A stretch of 64,000 bases of DNA from Dictyostelium discoideum (lineage: Eukaryota), in assembly GCA_000004695.1 (NCBI GenBank), contig CM000152.2:4032001-4096000 (forward strand), written 5' to 3'. The translations under genes and the position numbers were made by a program. The notes below the pieces were generated by a model. The model did no database searches. It was not told the DNA's origin and worked only from the letters and a program-made list of their open reading frames with translations. This document shows, one piece after another, positions 30,829 through 46,244 of this stretch (its first letter is position 1; each line of letters starts with the position of its first letter).

Positions 30829-32324
30829 GTTTTTTTTTTTTTTTATTACTATTAGCTGTGAATAAGTAATGATGTGTGTGTGAAGTGGTAGTGTTTTTAA
30901 AATTAATTAATGAAAAAAAAAAAAATAAAAAATAAATCGCCTTTTTAATTAAAAAAAAAAAAAAATTTTAAAAAAAAAAAAAAAAAAAAATAAAAATAAT
31001 AAAAATCAAAACAAAAAATTGATAATTAATTGAATTTTCAATCAAAAATGATAAAAAGGTAATTTTCACCAGCCCGAATATTTGTCGATTGGAATTATTT
31101 TCATAATATCTACGGGAAACCAGTTTTTAATATGAACGAAACAATCTTTTACGTAATTTTTTTAAAAAAAAAAAAAAAAAAAAAATTTTTGATTATGATT
31201 TTCTATTAATAATTTATTGAATATTACAATAATTGATTAGTGTTTTGACAAAAAAAGTTTGAAATCCAATTTTATTTTTTTTTATTTTTTTTTATTTTTT
31301 TTTATTATTATTTATTTTTTTTTTTTTTTTTATAATAACGATAAGTGTATTTTTATTAAGGACATAATAAATATTTTTTAATTTTTGAAATTAGATGATG
31401 AATATCAATAAATAATTGAGGAAAAATAAAAATAAAAATAAAAATTATAATAAAAAATTTATTTAAAAAATGCAATAATTTGACCCATATTTATTTTTTC
31501 ACACACATCAGATTACTTTTTTTTTCCTTTTTTTTTTTTTTTTTTCTTTTTTTTTTCATACATCAACTTTTGTGTAATGTGTGTTAAAGTGGTTTGGTAA
31601 CATATTAATTTTTTACCTTTATTATTTTTTTTACTTTTTTTTTTTTTTTTAATAATACAATTTTATTTTAATTTTTTTTTTTTTATATCATTACTTTTTT
31701 TTATTATCATTATTTTATTTTGTTTTTTATTTTTTTTTTTTTTTTTGTTTTATAATAATTTACATTTATTGTTAATCCAATTTTTTTTTTTTATTATTTT
31801 TATTTTATTTTATTTATTGACGTTACAAATATCCAAGTCGTTTCATAGATAAACTTTTGACAAGAAAATTCAGTTCTAAAAAAAAAAAAAAAAAAATAAA
31901 AAATAAATAAAAAAAATAAAAAAAAAACAAATTAAATTTTTTATTTTTAAATTTTTTTTTAGTTTTTTTTTTATTTTTTTTTTTTTTAATCCATTTTAAA
32001 CGTTGTCTTCAGAGATCTAAAAAATAAAAAAAAAGAAATAATAATTGGTTTCTAAGAAAGAAAAAAAAAAGATATAATAGTAATAATAATAATTTTTTTC
32101 TTTTTTTTTTACGACATAAAATTAATCAATATTTACTTCTCCAATAAAAAAAAAAAATAAAAAAAAAAACAACAAAAAAAAAAAAATAAAAAAATAAAAA
32201 AATAATTCAAAAACACCACTAAATACATTCACGTATATACGTATATATATAATATTTATAAAAAACAACAAACAAATCATAAATACACACACACAAACAC
32301 ACACAGATATCATATAAATATAAA

Positions 32325-33641
32325 ATGAAGCGTATACATTTTGTGTTTGTTATACTTGGTTTACTTTGGATATCTGGTATTGCACTTTATATGTCAAGTC
32401 GTCAAAAAGTTGAACAAAGTATTCAAGAGGAGCAAACTAAACCAATACAAGGTACAAGAACAGATAAAAAGAAATTACATTGCGACTACATTGATATGGT
32501 TTATACATGGGTAAATGGTTCCGATCCAAAACATATTGATTCAAGAACAATGAGATCAGGGTATGAATTATTATATATTATTTATTATATATATTATTAT
32601 TGTTTTATTTGTTTCATTGCTAAATTTATTATAACCAACACTAACTTTCAACTCTTCCCTCATTTTTATTTTTATTTCTTTTTTTTCACAGTAATACAAG
32701 ACATTCATCACCAGGTAATAATAGATATAGAGATTTAATGGGTTTAAAATATTCATTAAGAAGTATTAAAAAATTTGCACCATGGATTAAAAATGTTTGG
32801 GTTGTTTCAGCTTCACAATATCCAACTTGGTTCGATCCATCTTCTGATGAAGTTAAATTCATTTTCCATGAAGATTATTATTCAAATCAGTAAGTTATAA
32901 TTCAATTAATTTATTTATTATTATTTTAAAAATTATACTAATTATTTATTATATATATATATTATATATTAAAATAGAGATGATTTACCAACATTTAATT
33001 CAAATTCAATTGAAAGTAATTTTTATTCATTACCAAAAGAAGTTTCAGATTGTTTTATTTATTTTAATGATGATATTTTCTTTGGAGCACCAGTGTCGGT
33101 GTCAGATTTTTGGGATTCAGATGCAGGTCAAGCAATTTATAAGAGTAGTTGGACAGCACCACAAAGTAAAGAGAAACAATCGAATATCTGGCATGCATGT
33201 ATTGCCTATACCAATGATTTATTGAACAATATTTGGGAGGTTGATAATAAGAATCGTCATTATGCATCACATGGTCATCAATTCTTTACTCGTGAGATCT
33301 TTGATCGTATGTATCAAGATTTGGAACCAGAGTTTAAGAAAACCTCTGCCAATCCATTCCGTACAGCTCACGACCTTCAAATTCCTTTCCTTTATTTGGC
33401 TTATGTAACTCGTTTCTATGCTACTTATGAACCAACTCCAATCAATTATTACGCTTTGATCATGGATGATCACGAGAAAATGAAAAAAGAATTTGCAAAG
33501 ATTTTAGCAAAGAAACCAAAGACTGTTTGTTTAAATGATGGTCTCTCTCCTGATAAACCAAATACTAAGGTCGTTGATGAATTAGAGAAATTCTTTGAAA
33601 CTTATCTTCCAGAACGTGGTTCATGGGAAAAATCAAATTAA
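32325..33641 (+). CDS. Stealth-family protein (GlcNAc-1-phosphotransferase / capsule phosphotransferase-like), type II membrane topology, 3 exons, 366 aa
   Basis: Exons are 32325-32560, 32692-32889 and 32978-33641. Donors are GTATGA and GTAAGT; acceptors are cacag and aatag. There is an N-terminal transmembrane segment (FVFVILGLLWISGIALYM). Stealth conserved regions: CR1 DMVYTWVNGSDP; CR2 YRDLMGLKYSLRSIKKFAPWIKNVWVVSASQYPTWF; CR3 DCFIYFNDDIFFGAPVSVSDFW; CR4 ASHGHQFFTREIF...AHDLQIPFLYLAYV. Confidence 0.75.
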
Positions 33642-34213
33642 TTAATACTACTCTCTCATCTCTCACTCAATAACACTCAAATTATTTAAATATTTAATAA
33701 TTATTATTATTAAAAAAAAAACAAAAAAAAAAAACAAAAAAAAAAAGAAAAAAACAAAAAAAAACAGTGTTTGGTAGTAATATTATTATTATTTATTAAT
33801 ATATACAACCTTTGACAGTAATATTAAAAGGTAAAATTAAAAAAAATAAAAAAAAAATAAAAATAAAAAAAAAATAAAAATAAAATAAAAAAAAACATAT
33901 AAAAAAAAAGAAACAAATTTAAAATAACATATGCAAATATTTGTTCATTTTTTTATTTGTTTTTTTTTTTATTACTTTCACACATTTTTAATTGGATCAT
34001 TGTTTAAAGTAAGTTAGTTAATGAGAAATTTATAAGATTGTTGGTTTTTTTTTTTTTTTTTTTATTTTTTTTTTTTTATTTTTTTTTTTTTTTTTCATAA
34101 ACCTTTAATAATTTTTTTTTTGTTTTTATATTATTATCTTAAATATATATACATATAAATTTTTATCTCTATAATTTTTAAAATATTTTAGGTCATTTAA
34201 ATACAAACTAAAA

Positions 34214-34923
34214 ATGAAATTTATTTATTTATTCAAAAAAGAATCAACACTCCAAAATTGTATTAACGAGTTAAAATTAAAAAATCCAGGTAAAGAAATT
34301 AAAATTCATTGTTATTTCGATTTTAGAGTAAATGGAGAAGATAAAAAAACAACTTTTTGTTTATTAAAATTAGAATCAAATATTGAAATTCCTTATGAAA
34401 CTTTTGAAATATTGAGTATGTTTTTTGGGAAAATAAAAATTTATTTCTTTTTTTTTTTTTTTTTTTTTTCTAAACAAAAAAAAAAAAAATACTAATTTTT
34501 ATTTTGGCCAAAAACAATACAGATAGAAAACAATTTGAAAAAAAATTTAATGGTTTAGAAAATAAATTAGAAATAAAAAATATTCCATCAACATCATCAT
34601 CACCATCATCGTCACAATTATTTTTAACATTACCAGCTACATCACAATCATCACAACCTAAATCAACAAATTCATCAACCGAGTCATCTTCAATAGGTCA
34701 ATTCAAAAATCAAGTTGATGAAAATGAAATCAACCTTAATAAAAATAAAATTGATGAATTTCAAAAAGATGTAATATCACTTCAACAAAAAGTATCATCT
34801 CTCTTTCAACAGTATAACAAAGAAAATGAAAAAAATAAAACATTAAATCAAATATTTGATATTCAAAATAAAATTCAAAAAATGCAACAACAAATACATT
34901 TTATACAAAATAATCAAGAGTAA
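34214..34923 (+). CDS. Hypothetical protein, probably 2 exons, with a Ser-rich and coiled-coil-like C-terminal part
   Basis: ATG at 34214. Exon 1 is open to a GTATGT donor after ...FEIL (about 34428). A plausible acceptor, caatacag at about 34518, restores the frame into ORF 34504-34923 (RKQFEKKFNGLENKLEIKN...QQQIHFIQNNQE). I recognise no homology, and the splice is inferred only. Confidence 0.3.
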
Positions 34924-35201
34924 TTTTTAAATTAAAAATTCTTTGTAAATAATTTCATAATTTTATATAATTAAAATAAATAAAAATAAAAATATAAATA
35001 ATTAGAAGTTTTATTACTTTGTTCATTAACTATAAAGTGAAAATTGGCTCTGCCTTTATAATTTATATTTTTTATAATGTTTTATTTTTTATAATGTTTT
35101 AATAAAAATATATAATTTTTAATATTATTTTAGTGTCCGATTTAATTCTTTTTTTTTTTTTTAATAACATCACTCAATTTGAGTGTGTTCTAGGAGAGTT
35201 T

Positions 35202-35256
<55 letters not shown>

Positions 35257-35349
35257 CTGGTAACTCTTATTTTTTTTATTATTATTATTATTATTATATT
35301 ATTATTATTATTAAATTATTATTATTAAATTATTATTATTATTATTATG

Positions 35350-35354
35350 GTGGT

Positions 35355-35400
<46 letters not shown>

Positions 35401-35940
35401 AGTAGTTGGTGTTATATGAGCAGTATGGTATGAAGTGTTCCGGGATGTTAATGGTCATGAGTTTCGAGTTCCAGTTGTGACTGAATTTTTCGAGTCTTCT
35501 TTTTATTGATGCGGTCCGATTGATTGACTCTCGGTTATCAGTGCATCTTAGTTCTTGACGTAGTTGTTTTTCTACTATCTTTCTTGTTCTATCCCATTCG
35601 GCATCTCTCGCTTTTTTGATTTTATGAATTATTTGGTTCTCTGTTATTATTGTAGTGTTATCGTTGAATTTTATTTGATTTCTTCTGTACCATATCGATT
35701 CCATAATGGCTCCTATCAGATTTGATGAGAATGGTGTGAGTAGTTTTCCGAGAACTTTTTCGCTCCATGGACCGTGGTAAGTGTTGTTGGAGTCTTTACA
35801 GACCTTTTGATAGATTGAGTCGATATTCTGTTTTATTGATTTGCATTCGAAGAAGATGTGCATAGACGATTCTTCTTCTTTACATGAGTGGCAATTCTCC
35901 CCATGGTGTTTTGGGCGATTTAATTCAAAATTTCGCTATT
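35350..35940 (-). mobile_element. 5'-truncated non-LTR (TRE-type, tRNA-gene-targeted) retrotransposon fragment upstream of the tRNA, with its oligo(A) tail distal to the tRNA
   Basis: The minus-strand ORF 35396-35863 encodes a LINE ORF2 C-terminal region (HIFFECKS...LIGAIMESIWYRRNQIKFND). A 3'UTR follows, then about 45 T on the plus strand (35353-35397), which is an A45 tail on the element strand. The proximal end lies a few tens of bp 5' of tRNA-Ala (35961). Its C-terminal motif is homologous to that of the downstream element (HLFIDC...LIGIIIHQLWRIICHKLFNQD). Confidence 0.5.
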
Positions 35941-35960
35941 ATTTATTTAAAATCATAAAA

Positions 35961-36033
35961 GGGGATGTAGCTCAGATGGTAGAGCGCTCGCTTAGCATGC
36001 GAGAGGTAAAGGGATCGATACCCTTCTTCTCCA
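35961..36033 (+). tRNA. tRNA-Ala (anticodon AGC)
   Basis: The sequence GGGGATGTAGCTCAGATGGTAGAGCGCTCGCTTAGCATGCGAGAGGTAAAGGGATCGATACCCTTCTTCTCCA folds as a cloverleaf: acceptor GGGGATG/CTTCTCC with the G3:U70 alanine identity pair, D-arm GCTC-AGATGGTA-GAGC, anticodon stem CTCGC/GCGAG with loop TTAGCAT (anticodon AGC), and T-arm AAGGG-ATCGATA-CCCTT. It is near-identical to metazoan tRNA-Ala-AGC through position 43. The T-loop ATCGATA and a U6:U67 mismatch are atypical, but both recur in the second tRNA-Ala at 58199-58294. Confidence 0.8.
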
Positions 36034-36109
36034 TTTTTAATAAGGCTTTTTCAAAAGATCGCAGGTTCGACTCTTATTTATTTGTAAGAAAAAATATTAC
36101 CTAGGTTTA

Positions 36110-36765
36110 ATTCTGTTTGTAATAACAGATGGACAAAAAAATCTAATTTCAATAAATAACATCAACATACCATCCATCTTCCAACATATCAACCACATAT
36201 CACATCAAAAAGGTAGAAATACACTATTCAGATTTTTCTCAAGGTCACTTCCTGGAATCAACTATGAACGTAACGTACCATGCAAAATCTGTAACAATAT
36301 AATCCGTGACCCATACACTCACCTTTTTATAGACTGTATGCAAGTAAAAGAAATAGAAAACATAATAATTTCAACATTCAACAATCTCTCATTCTTCAAG
36401 ATCAGAAATTGGGATCTCAATTCACTAAATATTAGCAAAACAAATAAAAAAGAAAGAATCTACCCAAATTTAATCGGCATAATTATACATCAACTATGGA
36501 GAATCATTTGTCACAAACTATTCAATCAAGACGAATCTAAAACTCCACCCTCATTTGATCCAACATTAATTGAAAAAGAACTAACCAACTTAATTAAAAT
36601 AGAGAAATTCATTTTAATAAAGAAGATGGAAAGGAATGAAACAATATACAAATTAAATAACAGAGACCAATTAATAATCAACTTCAACACATCATGGCAT
36701 AACCCGAACACTCCAAACCCAATTGCATTATAATAAAAAAAAAAAAAAAAAAAAAAAAAAAACAA
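36110..36765 (+). mobile_element. 5'-truncated non-LTR (TRE-type) retrotransposon 3' fragment downstream of the tRNA, ending in an oligo(A) tail
   Basis: The plus-strand ORF region ends at 36733 (CKICNNIIRDPYTHLFIDC...NLIGIIIHQLWRIICHKLFNQD...NPIAL*). It is followed immediately by about A30 (36735-36765). The proximal end is roughly 80-100 bp 3' of the tRNA, the placement reported for TRE3-class elements. The start coordinate is approximate. Confidence 0.5.
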
Positions 36766-37176
36766 GTAGTAGTAATCATAATATAACCAAAAATATCAAC
36801 ATATGACAATATAAAAATTTAAAAATTTAAAAATCTAAAAATTTAAAAATGTAATAAAATATAACAATACACGCTTTTAGGTAAAAAAAAAAAAAAAATT
36901 CTGTTTGTAATTTTATTGTTGGATCTATATAAAAATCCATTTTAAAACCTGTGGAAATTCCATAGGTATAAACTTTCTTCCAAATTAATCAACTATTGTT
37001 TGAATAGTAATACTTTTACTACTATCGAATTGTCTCATATATTTTTAAAAATAAATAAAAAATAAATAAAAAGATGTAACATTTAAATATTTTAATTTTT
37101 TAATTTCTTTTTTTTTTTTTAAAGTTTATTATTTTTTTTTTTTTTTTTATATTTTGGGAGGAAAAAAAAAAAAGAT

Positions 37177-38741
37177 TTATAAATTTTTTAATTCTTCTTC
37201 TGGGATACTATTGTAATAATAAACTGGTGGTGGACAGAAACCATTGAAAGAAGAAGATGAAGCGATAGTGTAAGCACCCATATCTTGGAAGTAAAGCCAG
37301 TCACCAATTTTAAGTTCTGGAATTTGGGTATCTTTAAGAACCACATCGATTGAATCACAAGTTGGACCAAAGAGAGTGCATGGAGTTGGTTGTTTAGTTG
37401 AAGGTTTCAATAATAAAGGTTCAACTTTAGCATAATCGAATTTAGTGTTATTGAATGAACCATAAACACCGTCGGCCAAATAGTAATTGTATTGTCTCAT
37501 ATTATTTGAGGTACGACGTGGATGTTGTCTGTTATCTTCTTGTTTGATTGAACGTTTTGAAATAACAGTGACGGCGAGTGTATGGGATTGAGCTGCAAAG
37601 TAACGACCTGGCTCGGCGATAATTTTAACATTTGGTGAGAAGAGTTCAGCGGTTTTCTCACGAATAACCTTTGTGAATGCATTGAATTTCTCGTCATCTG
37701 AACCAGTGAAACCACCACCAACATCGACCAATGTTAATTCCATATTTAATTTCTTTGCCATATCAAAGACACTCTTTACCATAATGAGAGCATCAGCGTA
37801 TGAATCACCACTTTGACATCCACTACCAACATGGAAACTAACACCAACAACCTTGAGGTTCATTTCCTTTGCCATCTCTAACAAATCGTTACAATCATCA
37901 ATATGAACACCAAATTTAGAACCAAATCTCATAACAGATTTTGAATCATCTGGTGCAATTCTTAATACTAATTCTGCTTCTGGGAAAAACTTTTCAATTT
38001 TTTCTAATTCACTAAGATTATCAAATGTCATTAATTTAACATTATGTGCTCTTGCAAACTAAAAAAAAAAAAAAAAAAAAAAAATAAGAATTAGTATAAA
38101 TAAAATTATTTTTTTTCTTTTAAAAAAATAAAATAAATTAATAAATACTTTAAGAGCAGAGATTTGTTTACATGGATTAGCATAAATAATACGACTTGGA
38201 TCAACACCTAAATTTAAAACTGATTCAATTTCAGTTCTACTTGCGCAATCATAATTTGTACCTAAAGCATCTAAAACTCTTAAAACACCAACGGTTGGAT
38301 TACATTTAACTGCATAATATGGTTTAACATTTGGTAAATTTTTAACCCATTTTTGCCATTGTTTAATAATAACACCGACATCTATTTTTTTATTGTAAAA
38401 ATAATAAAATAAAATTAATATTTTATAAAATTTAATTTATAAACTATAATAATTAAATATTTATATTTACCAGCAACAAAGAATGCATCTCTATCAGTTT
38501 TATCAAGTAAAGAAGTGATTAATTCTTGAATTGTAACTTTTCCTTGATCCCATGGTTTAACATCTAATTCCTTTCTAACGATATCTAATTTTTCACATCT
38601 TGATAATAATGAACAACTGGTAGATTCAGTGGTTTCAGTTGAAGATTCGTCAACTTTAGCTTTTTTGTTGGTTTCTTCTGCAACGTTGTTGTTGTTGTTT
38701 TCATTTACAACTTCTTCACCATTTCTTTTTGTACCTGTCAT
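37177..38741 (-). CDS. odc: Ornithine decarboxylase (PLP-dependent, Orn/DAP/Arg decarboxylase fold III), 3 exons, 461 aa
   Basis: Exons on the minus strand are 38471-38741, 38149-38381 and 37177-38058. Donors are GTAAAT and GTATTT; acceptors are atag and tttag. Exon 2 encodes DVGVIIKQWQKWVKNLPNVKPYYAVKCNPTVGVLRVLDALGTNYDCASRTEIESVLNLGVDPSRIIYANPCKQISALK. Exon 3 encodes FARAHNVKLMTFDNLSELEKI...VVGVSFHVGSGCQSGDSYADALIMVKSVFD...VDVGGGFTGSDDEKF...IIAEPGRYFAAQSHTLAVTVISKR. These include the PLP-lysine motif YAVKCN and the GGG loop, and the protein is collinear with human ODC1. The CDS is 1386 nt and in frame. Confidence 0.9.
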
Positions 38742-39576
38742 CTTTATATATATTTATATATATTTATATTAATTTAAATTTAATTAAAGGAAGAAAAAAA
38801 AAAAAAAAAATTATTTATAGTATAAAGGTGGTATTTGTATTAAATTTAAACAACAAGAAAAAAAAAAAAAAAAAAGTGAAATGTTCAACAACACGAAAAA
38901 AAAAAAAAAAAATAAAAAAAAAATAATAAAAATAAAAATAAAAAAAAAAAATTAAAAATAAAAAAATAAAAAAAAAATAAAAAAATAAAAAAAAATTAAA
39001 AAAATAAAAAATTAATCTTAGTGGTTAAAAAAAACCGAGTGTCGACAAAAATGATTTTTTAATTTATCTTAAGATTAAAAAATAATTAATTAATAATTAA
39101 TTTTTCTTTTTTGTAATAAACAAAAAACAGAAAATAAAAAAAACAGAAAAAAAAAAACAGAAAATAAAAAACAGAAAATAAAAAATTCTACTTTTTAAAC
39201 AAATTTTTTTAAAATTCTTTATTTATGATATTTCTTAATTATGAATATCGTTTATTCCTTTTTTATTTTTCCTATTTTATTTTTTTATTTTATTTTTTAT
39301 TTTATTTTTTATTTTATTTTAGCATTAACTTTTATTAAATTGAATAAACCATTTCCTAGCACACATTGACCAAAACATTAAAATCTCCATATCTTTTTCG
39401 AAATGATGACAATTTATAATATTTAAAAAACTAAATAATCTCTTATCTTTTTCATTCTCAATAATAGTTTTAATTGAATAAAATGATTTTGATTTACTAT
39501 ATAGTTTTAATAAAAAGTTGAAAAATAGTTATTATTAATAAATAAATAAATAAATAAAATTTAAATAAATAAATAA

Positions 39577-41057
39577 TTACTTTATCCATTCTTCTTTAAT
39601 TGATTTTAATTGAATATTTTCTAAAGTTATTGTACAATATTGTTTATAAATTGATTCGATTGCAATACCTAAAGTTGAAGGGAATTTTGAACCTGAACAA
39701 GTGATTTCAATGGTTGATCTATTTGGATGATCAATATCATCGGGTTCTTTTGATAGATCATAATAGTCTATATCAACAATACAACAAATATCCTTATCAA
39801 TATGTAATGGTATAACAGCGGATGTATTCAAACCTAGAATATTACATTCCCACAACTCTTTGAAAGTATTTGAAAAGTTACATACATTAACACACTCCTT
39901 TGGTAGTATCTCCTTTACAACTGATACCATTGATGTCACCAATCTTTCATTTTGACCTCTAATAATAACTTGATTACCAATGATTATATTATAAACTAAT
40001 ATTGAAAACGCATCTTCACCCATTATCCTATTAACTTGACTTAACGATAATATCAATTCCTCTTGTCTTGGAAAAAAGCTATTCTCTAATAATATAATAT
40101 TACTATCATTTAACATATTTAAATTTAAACTAAATCCACTTATATTACTATTATTATTATTATTATTGTTTGATTGATTATTATTATTATTTGATTTTTT
40201 AATATTATTATTATTATTATTATTATTATCAAAATTATTTAAATTTTTTAAATTATCTTTAAAATATTGAATTATTTCATATTGTTCTGATAATAATGAT
40301 TGATTTCCTTTTAAAAGGTGATATTTGAATTGACAATTTGAGAGAATACTACAAAAACTTTTATGTAATCTTGTAAAGAATAATGGATCTTCGATTAATT
40401 CAGAGAGTAGTTTTAAGGGTACAGATCTAGTGCCCCTTCTATAGATATTTGAAATCATTGAACTATTATGAGACTGTTGTGATTTTTCACGTTCAAATAC
40501 AACGTTTGTTTTCCTTTTCATCTCTTCCGCTAATGATTTGAAACAGTCGATTAACCAACTATAATAATTGACTAAACAGGATGGATCCTTAAGTAGACAT
40601 AGAAATCCATACCATCTTGCGCTACCCCTTGCACGACTATCATTGATTTTAAACATATACGATAACCAATGACCATCGCCACTACTAATTAAAACGGGTC
40701 CTTCTCTACCCACTACTGCTTCACAACTTAAACTTCTAACACATGCATTTCTAATAACACTATAATAACTTTGATTCGATGTTTGATGTGTACTAACATA
40801 ATAAACATTCTTATTACTATTATCTTGTGATACTAATGCATTACCTAATGGTATTGATGAACATGTTGGACAATTTGGTTTAGTTGTTGTCGTCGTCGTA
40901 GTGGTAGTAGTAGTATTAGATGATTCATTATTCCTATTTGATAATAATACTGAATATGTTTTAAATTCTTCATCTTCATTATTATTATTATATTTTGAAA
41001 ATAAATTAGGTAATGATACTGGTGATATATCAATTGGTGGTTGTGGTGGTTGGTCTA

Positions 41058-41118
<61 letters not shown>

Positions 41119-41379
41119 GATTTCTAAAATTCTTTCAGTATGTGTTGTAAATACAACGGATGGTCCATGTGTTTCACAAAAATGTGTAAGAACAATTGAT
41201 GCTGGCATCATGTTACCATTGATTGATGTTGTACTTGTATGATTTTCATTTGATTTTAATATTGATGGTGATGATGATATTGTCGAATTTAATTTACTAC
41301 TTGATGACGATACAAAATCATTATCATCATCATTTTCAATTGAATCTGAGCAATATGATGGTATTTTTACTTTAATCAT
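39577..41379 (-). CDS. Folliculin (FLCN/BHD) homologue with N-terminal longin-like region, Cys/His zinc cluster and C-terminal DENN-like region; 600 aa
   Basis: A single ORF. THFCETHGPSVVFTTH matches the folliculin N-terminus (CHFCELHGPRTLFCTE). [74 protein letters not shown] aligns with human FLCN ([72 protein letters not shown]). Asn and Thr homopolymer inserts are present. Confidence 0.8.
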
Positions 41380-41657
41380 TTTCTATATATATGAATGTGT
41401 GTGTGTGTGTGTATATGTATATATGCGTTTTTTATTCTTTTTTATTTTTTTTATTTTTTTTATTTTTTATTTCTTATTTCTTTTTATAAATAATAAAAAG
41501 AGTTGACTAAATGTACAATTTTTTTTTTTTTTTTTATTCCTTTTTTTAAAATTAAAAAAAAAGTGAATATTAGATATTATTTAAATTAATAGTATATAAA
41601 CGATGATTTTTCACATAAAAAATTAAAAAATTATAAAAAAAAAAATAAATTTATTTC

Positions 41658-41697
<40 letters not shown>

Positions 41698-41756
41698 AAA
41701 AAAAAAAAAAAAAATTATTTCATTGTTTTATTTTTAAAAATAAATATCAGACAAGT

Positions 41757-42677
41757 ATGGGTTTATTAACAGTTTTAAAAAAATTAAAACAAAAAGAAAA
41801 GGAATTAAGAATTTTAATGCTTGGTTTAGATAATGCTGGTATGTTATAAATATAAACTCATTTTTATTTATTATTTTTTTTAATTTTTTATTTTATTTTC
41901 ATCTCTCTGATTAACTAACTTTATTTATTCTACAAATATTTAAAAAACCATATATAACTTTTAGGTAAAACAACTATATTAAAAAAATTTAATGGGGAGG
42001 ATATTTCAACTATTAGTCCAACATTAGGTTTCAATATTCAAACTTTAATGTATAAAGAGTTTGTATTTTTTTTTTTATTTTTTTTTATTATTTTTATTTT
42101 ATAATATTAATATAATTTCAAAAACTTTATTTATATTTTTAGATATAAATTAAATATTTGGGATATAGGTGGTCAAAAGACTCTTAGATCTTATTGGAGA
42201 AATTATTATGAAGAGAATGATGCAGTAATTTGGGTTATTGATAGTTCTGATATAAGAAGAATTGATGATTGTAAATTTGAATTAAAAAAATTATTAGAAG
42301 AAGAGGTAAATAAATGAAATATATAATTATCCTTATACAAAAGATTGAATATATATATATACTTACTCTCAATAATAAATAAATTATAGAAATTTGCAGG
42401 TGCATCATTTTTAGTTTTTGCAAATAAACAAGATTTAGATGGTGCAATGACATCAGAAGAGATTTCAAAAGTAATTTGTTTTTTTTTTTTTTTTTATAAA
42501 AAAAAAAACATCTACTAATATTAATAATATTTTAAATTATAGTATTTAGATTTAGAACAATTAAATACTCATCATTGGGAGATCATGAGTTGTAGTGCTG
42601 TTACAGGTTTAGGTTTAGAAGAAGGTATAGATTGGGTTGTAAAAGATATCGTATCACGTTGTTTTGTTTTAGATTAA
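41757..42677 (+). CDS. ADP-ribosylation factor-like protein 2 (ARL2), 5 exons, 184 aa
   Basis: Exons are 41757-41838, 41965-42058, 42143-42305, 42390-42470 and 42543-42677. Donors are GTATGT, GTTTGT, GTAAAT and GTAATT; all acceptors are AT-rich ...ag. The spliced product is [184 protein letters not shown]. It is collinear with human ARL2 at about 60% identity and carries the P-loop GLDNAGKT, DIGGQ and NKQD motifs. Confidence 0.9.
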
Positions 42678-42834
42678 AATCATCAAAGAAAAAAAGAAAT
42701 AGAAAAAAAAAAAAATCATGATAGCATGGGTGAAAAGAGATATTTCACTTTGTGGATATTAACAAAAAAGAAAAATAAATTAAAATAATTATATTTATAA
42801 ATATATGGGAGGGGGGGAGTGAGAAGATACTTTT

Positions 42835-45522
<2,688 letters not shown>

Positions 45523-46244
45523 TTTAATTTTAATTTTTTTTTTTTTTTTGGTTGTGATTAAAAAAAAAAAAAAAAAAAAAAAATGGTCAGTAAAAAAAAA
45601 AAAAAAAAAATGACCAGTAAAAAATTTCAAATAAAACCCAGAAATTAATTCAAATAATTGAATACTTTGTTAATTAAATTTTAATTTAAAAATAAAAAGT
45701 CTGATAATTAAAAAAAAAGAAATTTAAATAATAAAAAAAAAAAAAAAGTTTGGTAAATTTTTTTATAAAAATAAATACTAGTAATATAATATATTTATAT
45801 ATTATTTATTTAATCGAACGATCGTACCCCAAAAAAAAAAAAAAAAAAAAAAAAAAAATGAAAAAAAAAATAGTTTAAAATGGTGCCATTATAAAAATAA
45901 TTTTTACATATAATAATCAAACACATTCAATGAAATTTCCAATTTTTTTTAAAAATAAAAAAAATAAAAAAAAAAAAAAAAAAAAAAAATTAAAAAAACA
46001 AAATTTGTCATATTCCGGAACTATTAATATCTTTTATTTTTTTTTATTTTTTTTTCTGACTAACAATACCAGAACACATAAAGAATTAATGAATTCTTGA
46101 ATAAAAAAAAATGGTTTTTTTATAAAAGACTCATTTTAATTTTAATTTTTTTTTCATTCATTTTAAAATAATAAAAAACAAATATAAAAACAAATAAAAA
46201 AACAAATATAAAAATAAATATAAAAACAAATAAAAACAAATAAA

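Noticed and set aside
36815-36860. Tandem (AAAATTTAAA)n-like repeat (TTTAAAAATTTAAAAATCTAAAAATTTAAAAATG)
   Set aside because: A simple AT-rich minisatellite of about 5 units downstream of the TRE fragment tail. It is typical background for this genome.
39121-39185. Four tandem copies of ACAGAAAATAAAAA in the odc upstream / folliculin downstream spacer
   Set aside because: A short imperfect minisatellite. It may be a promoter element, but there is no evidence beyond repetition.
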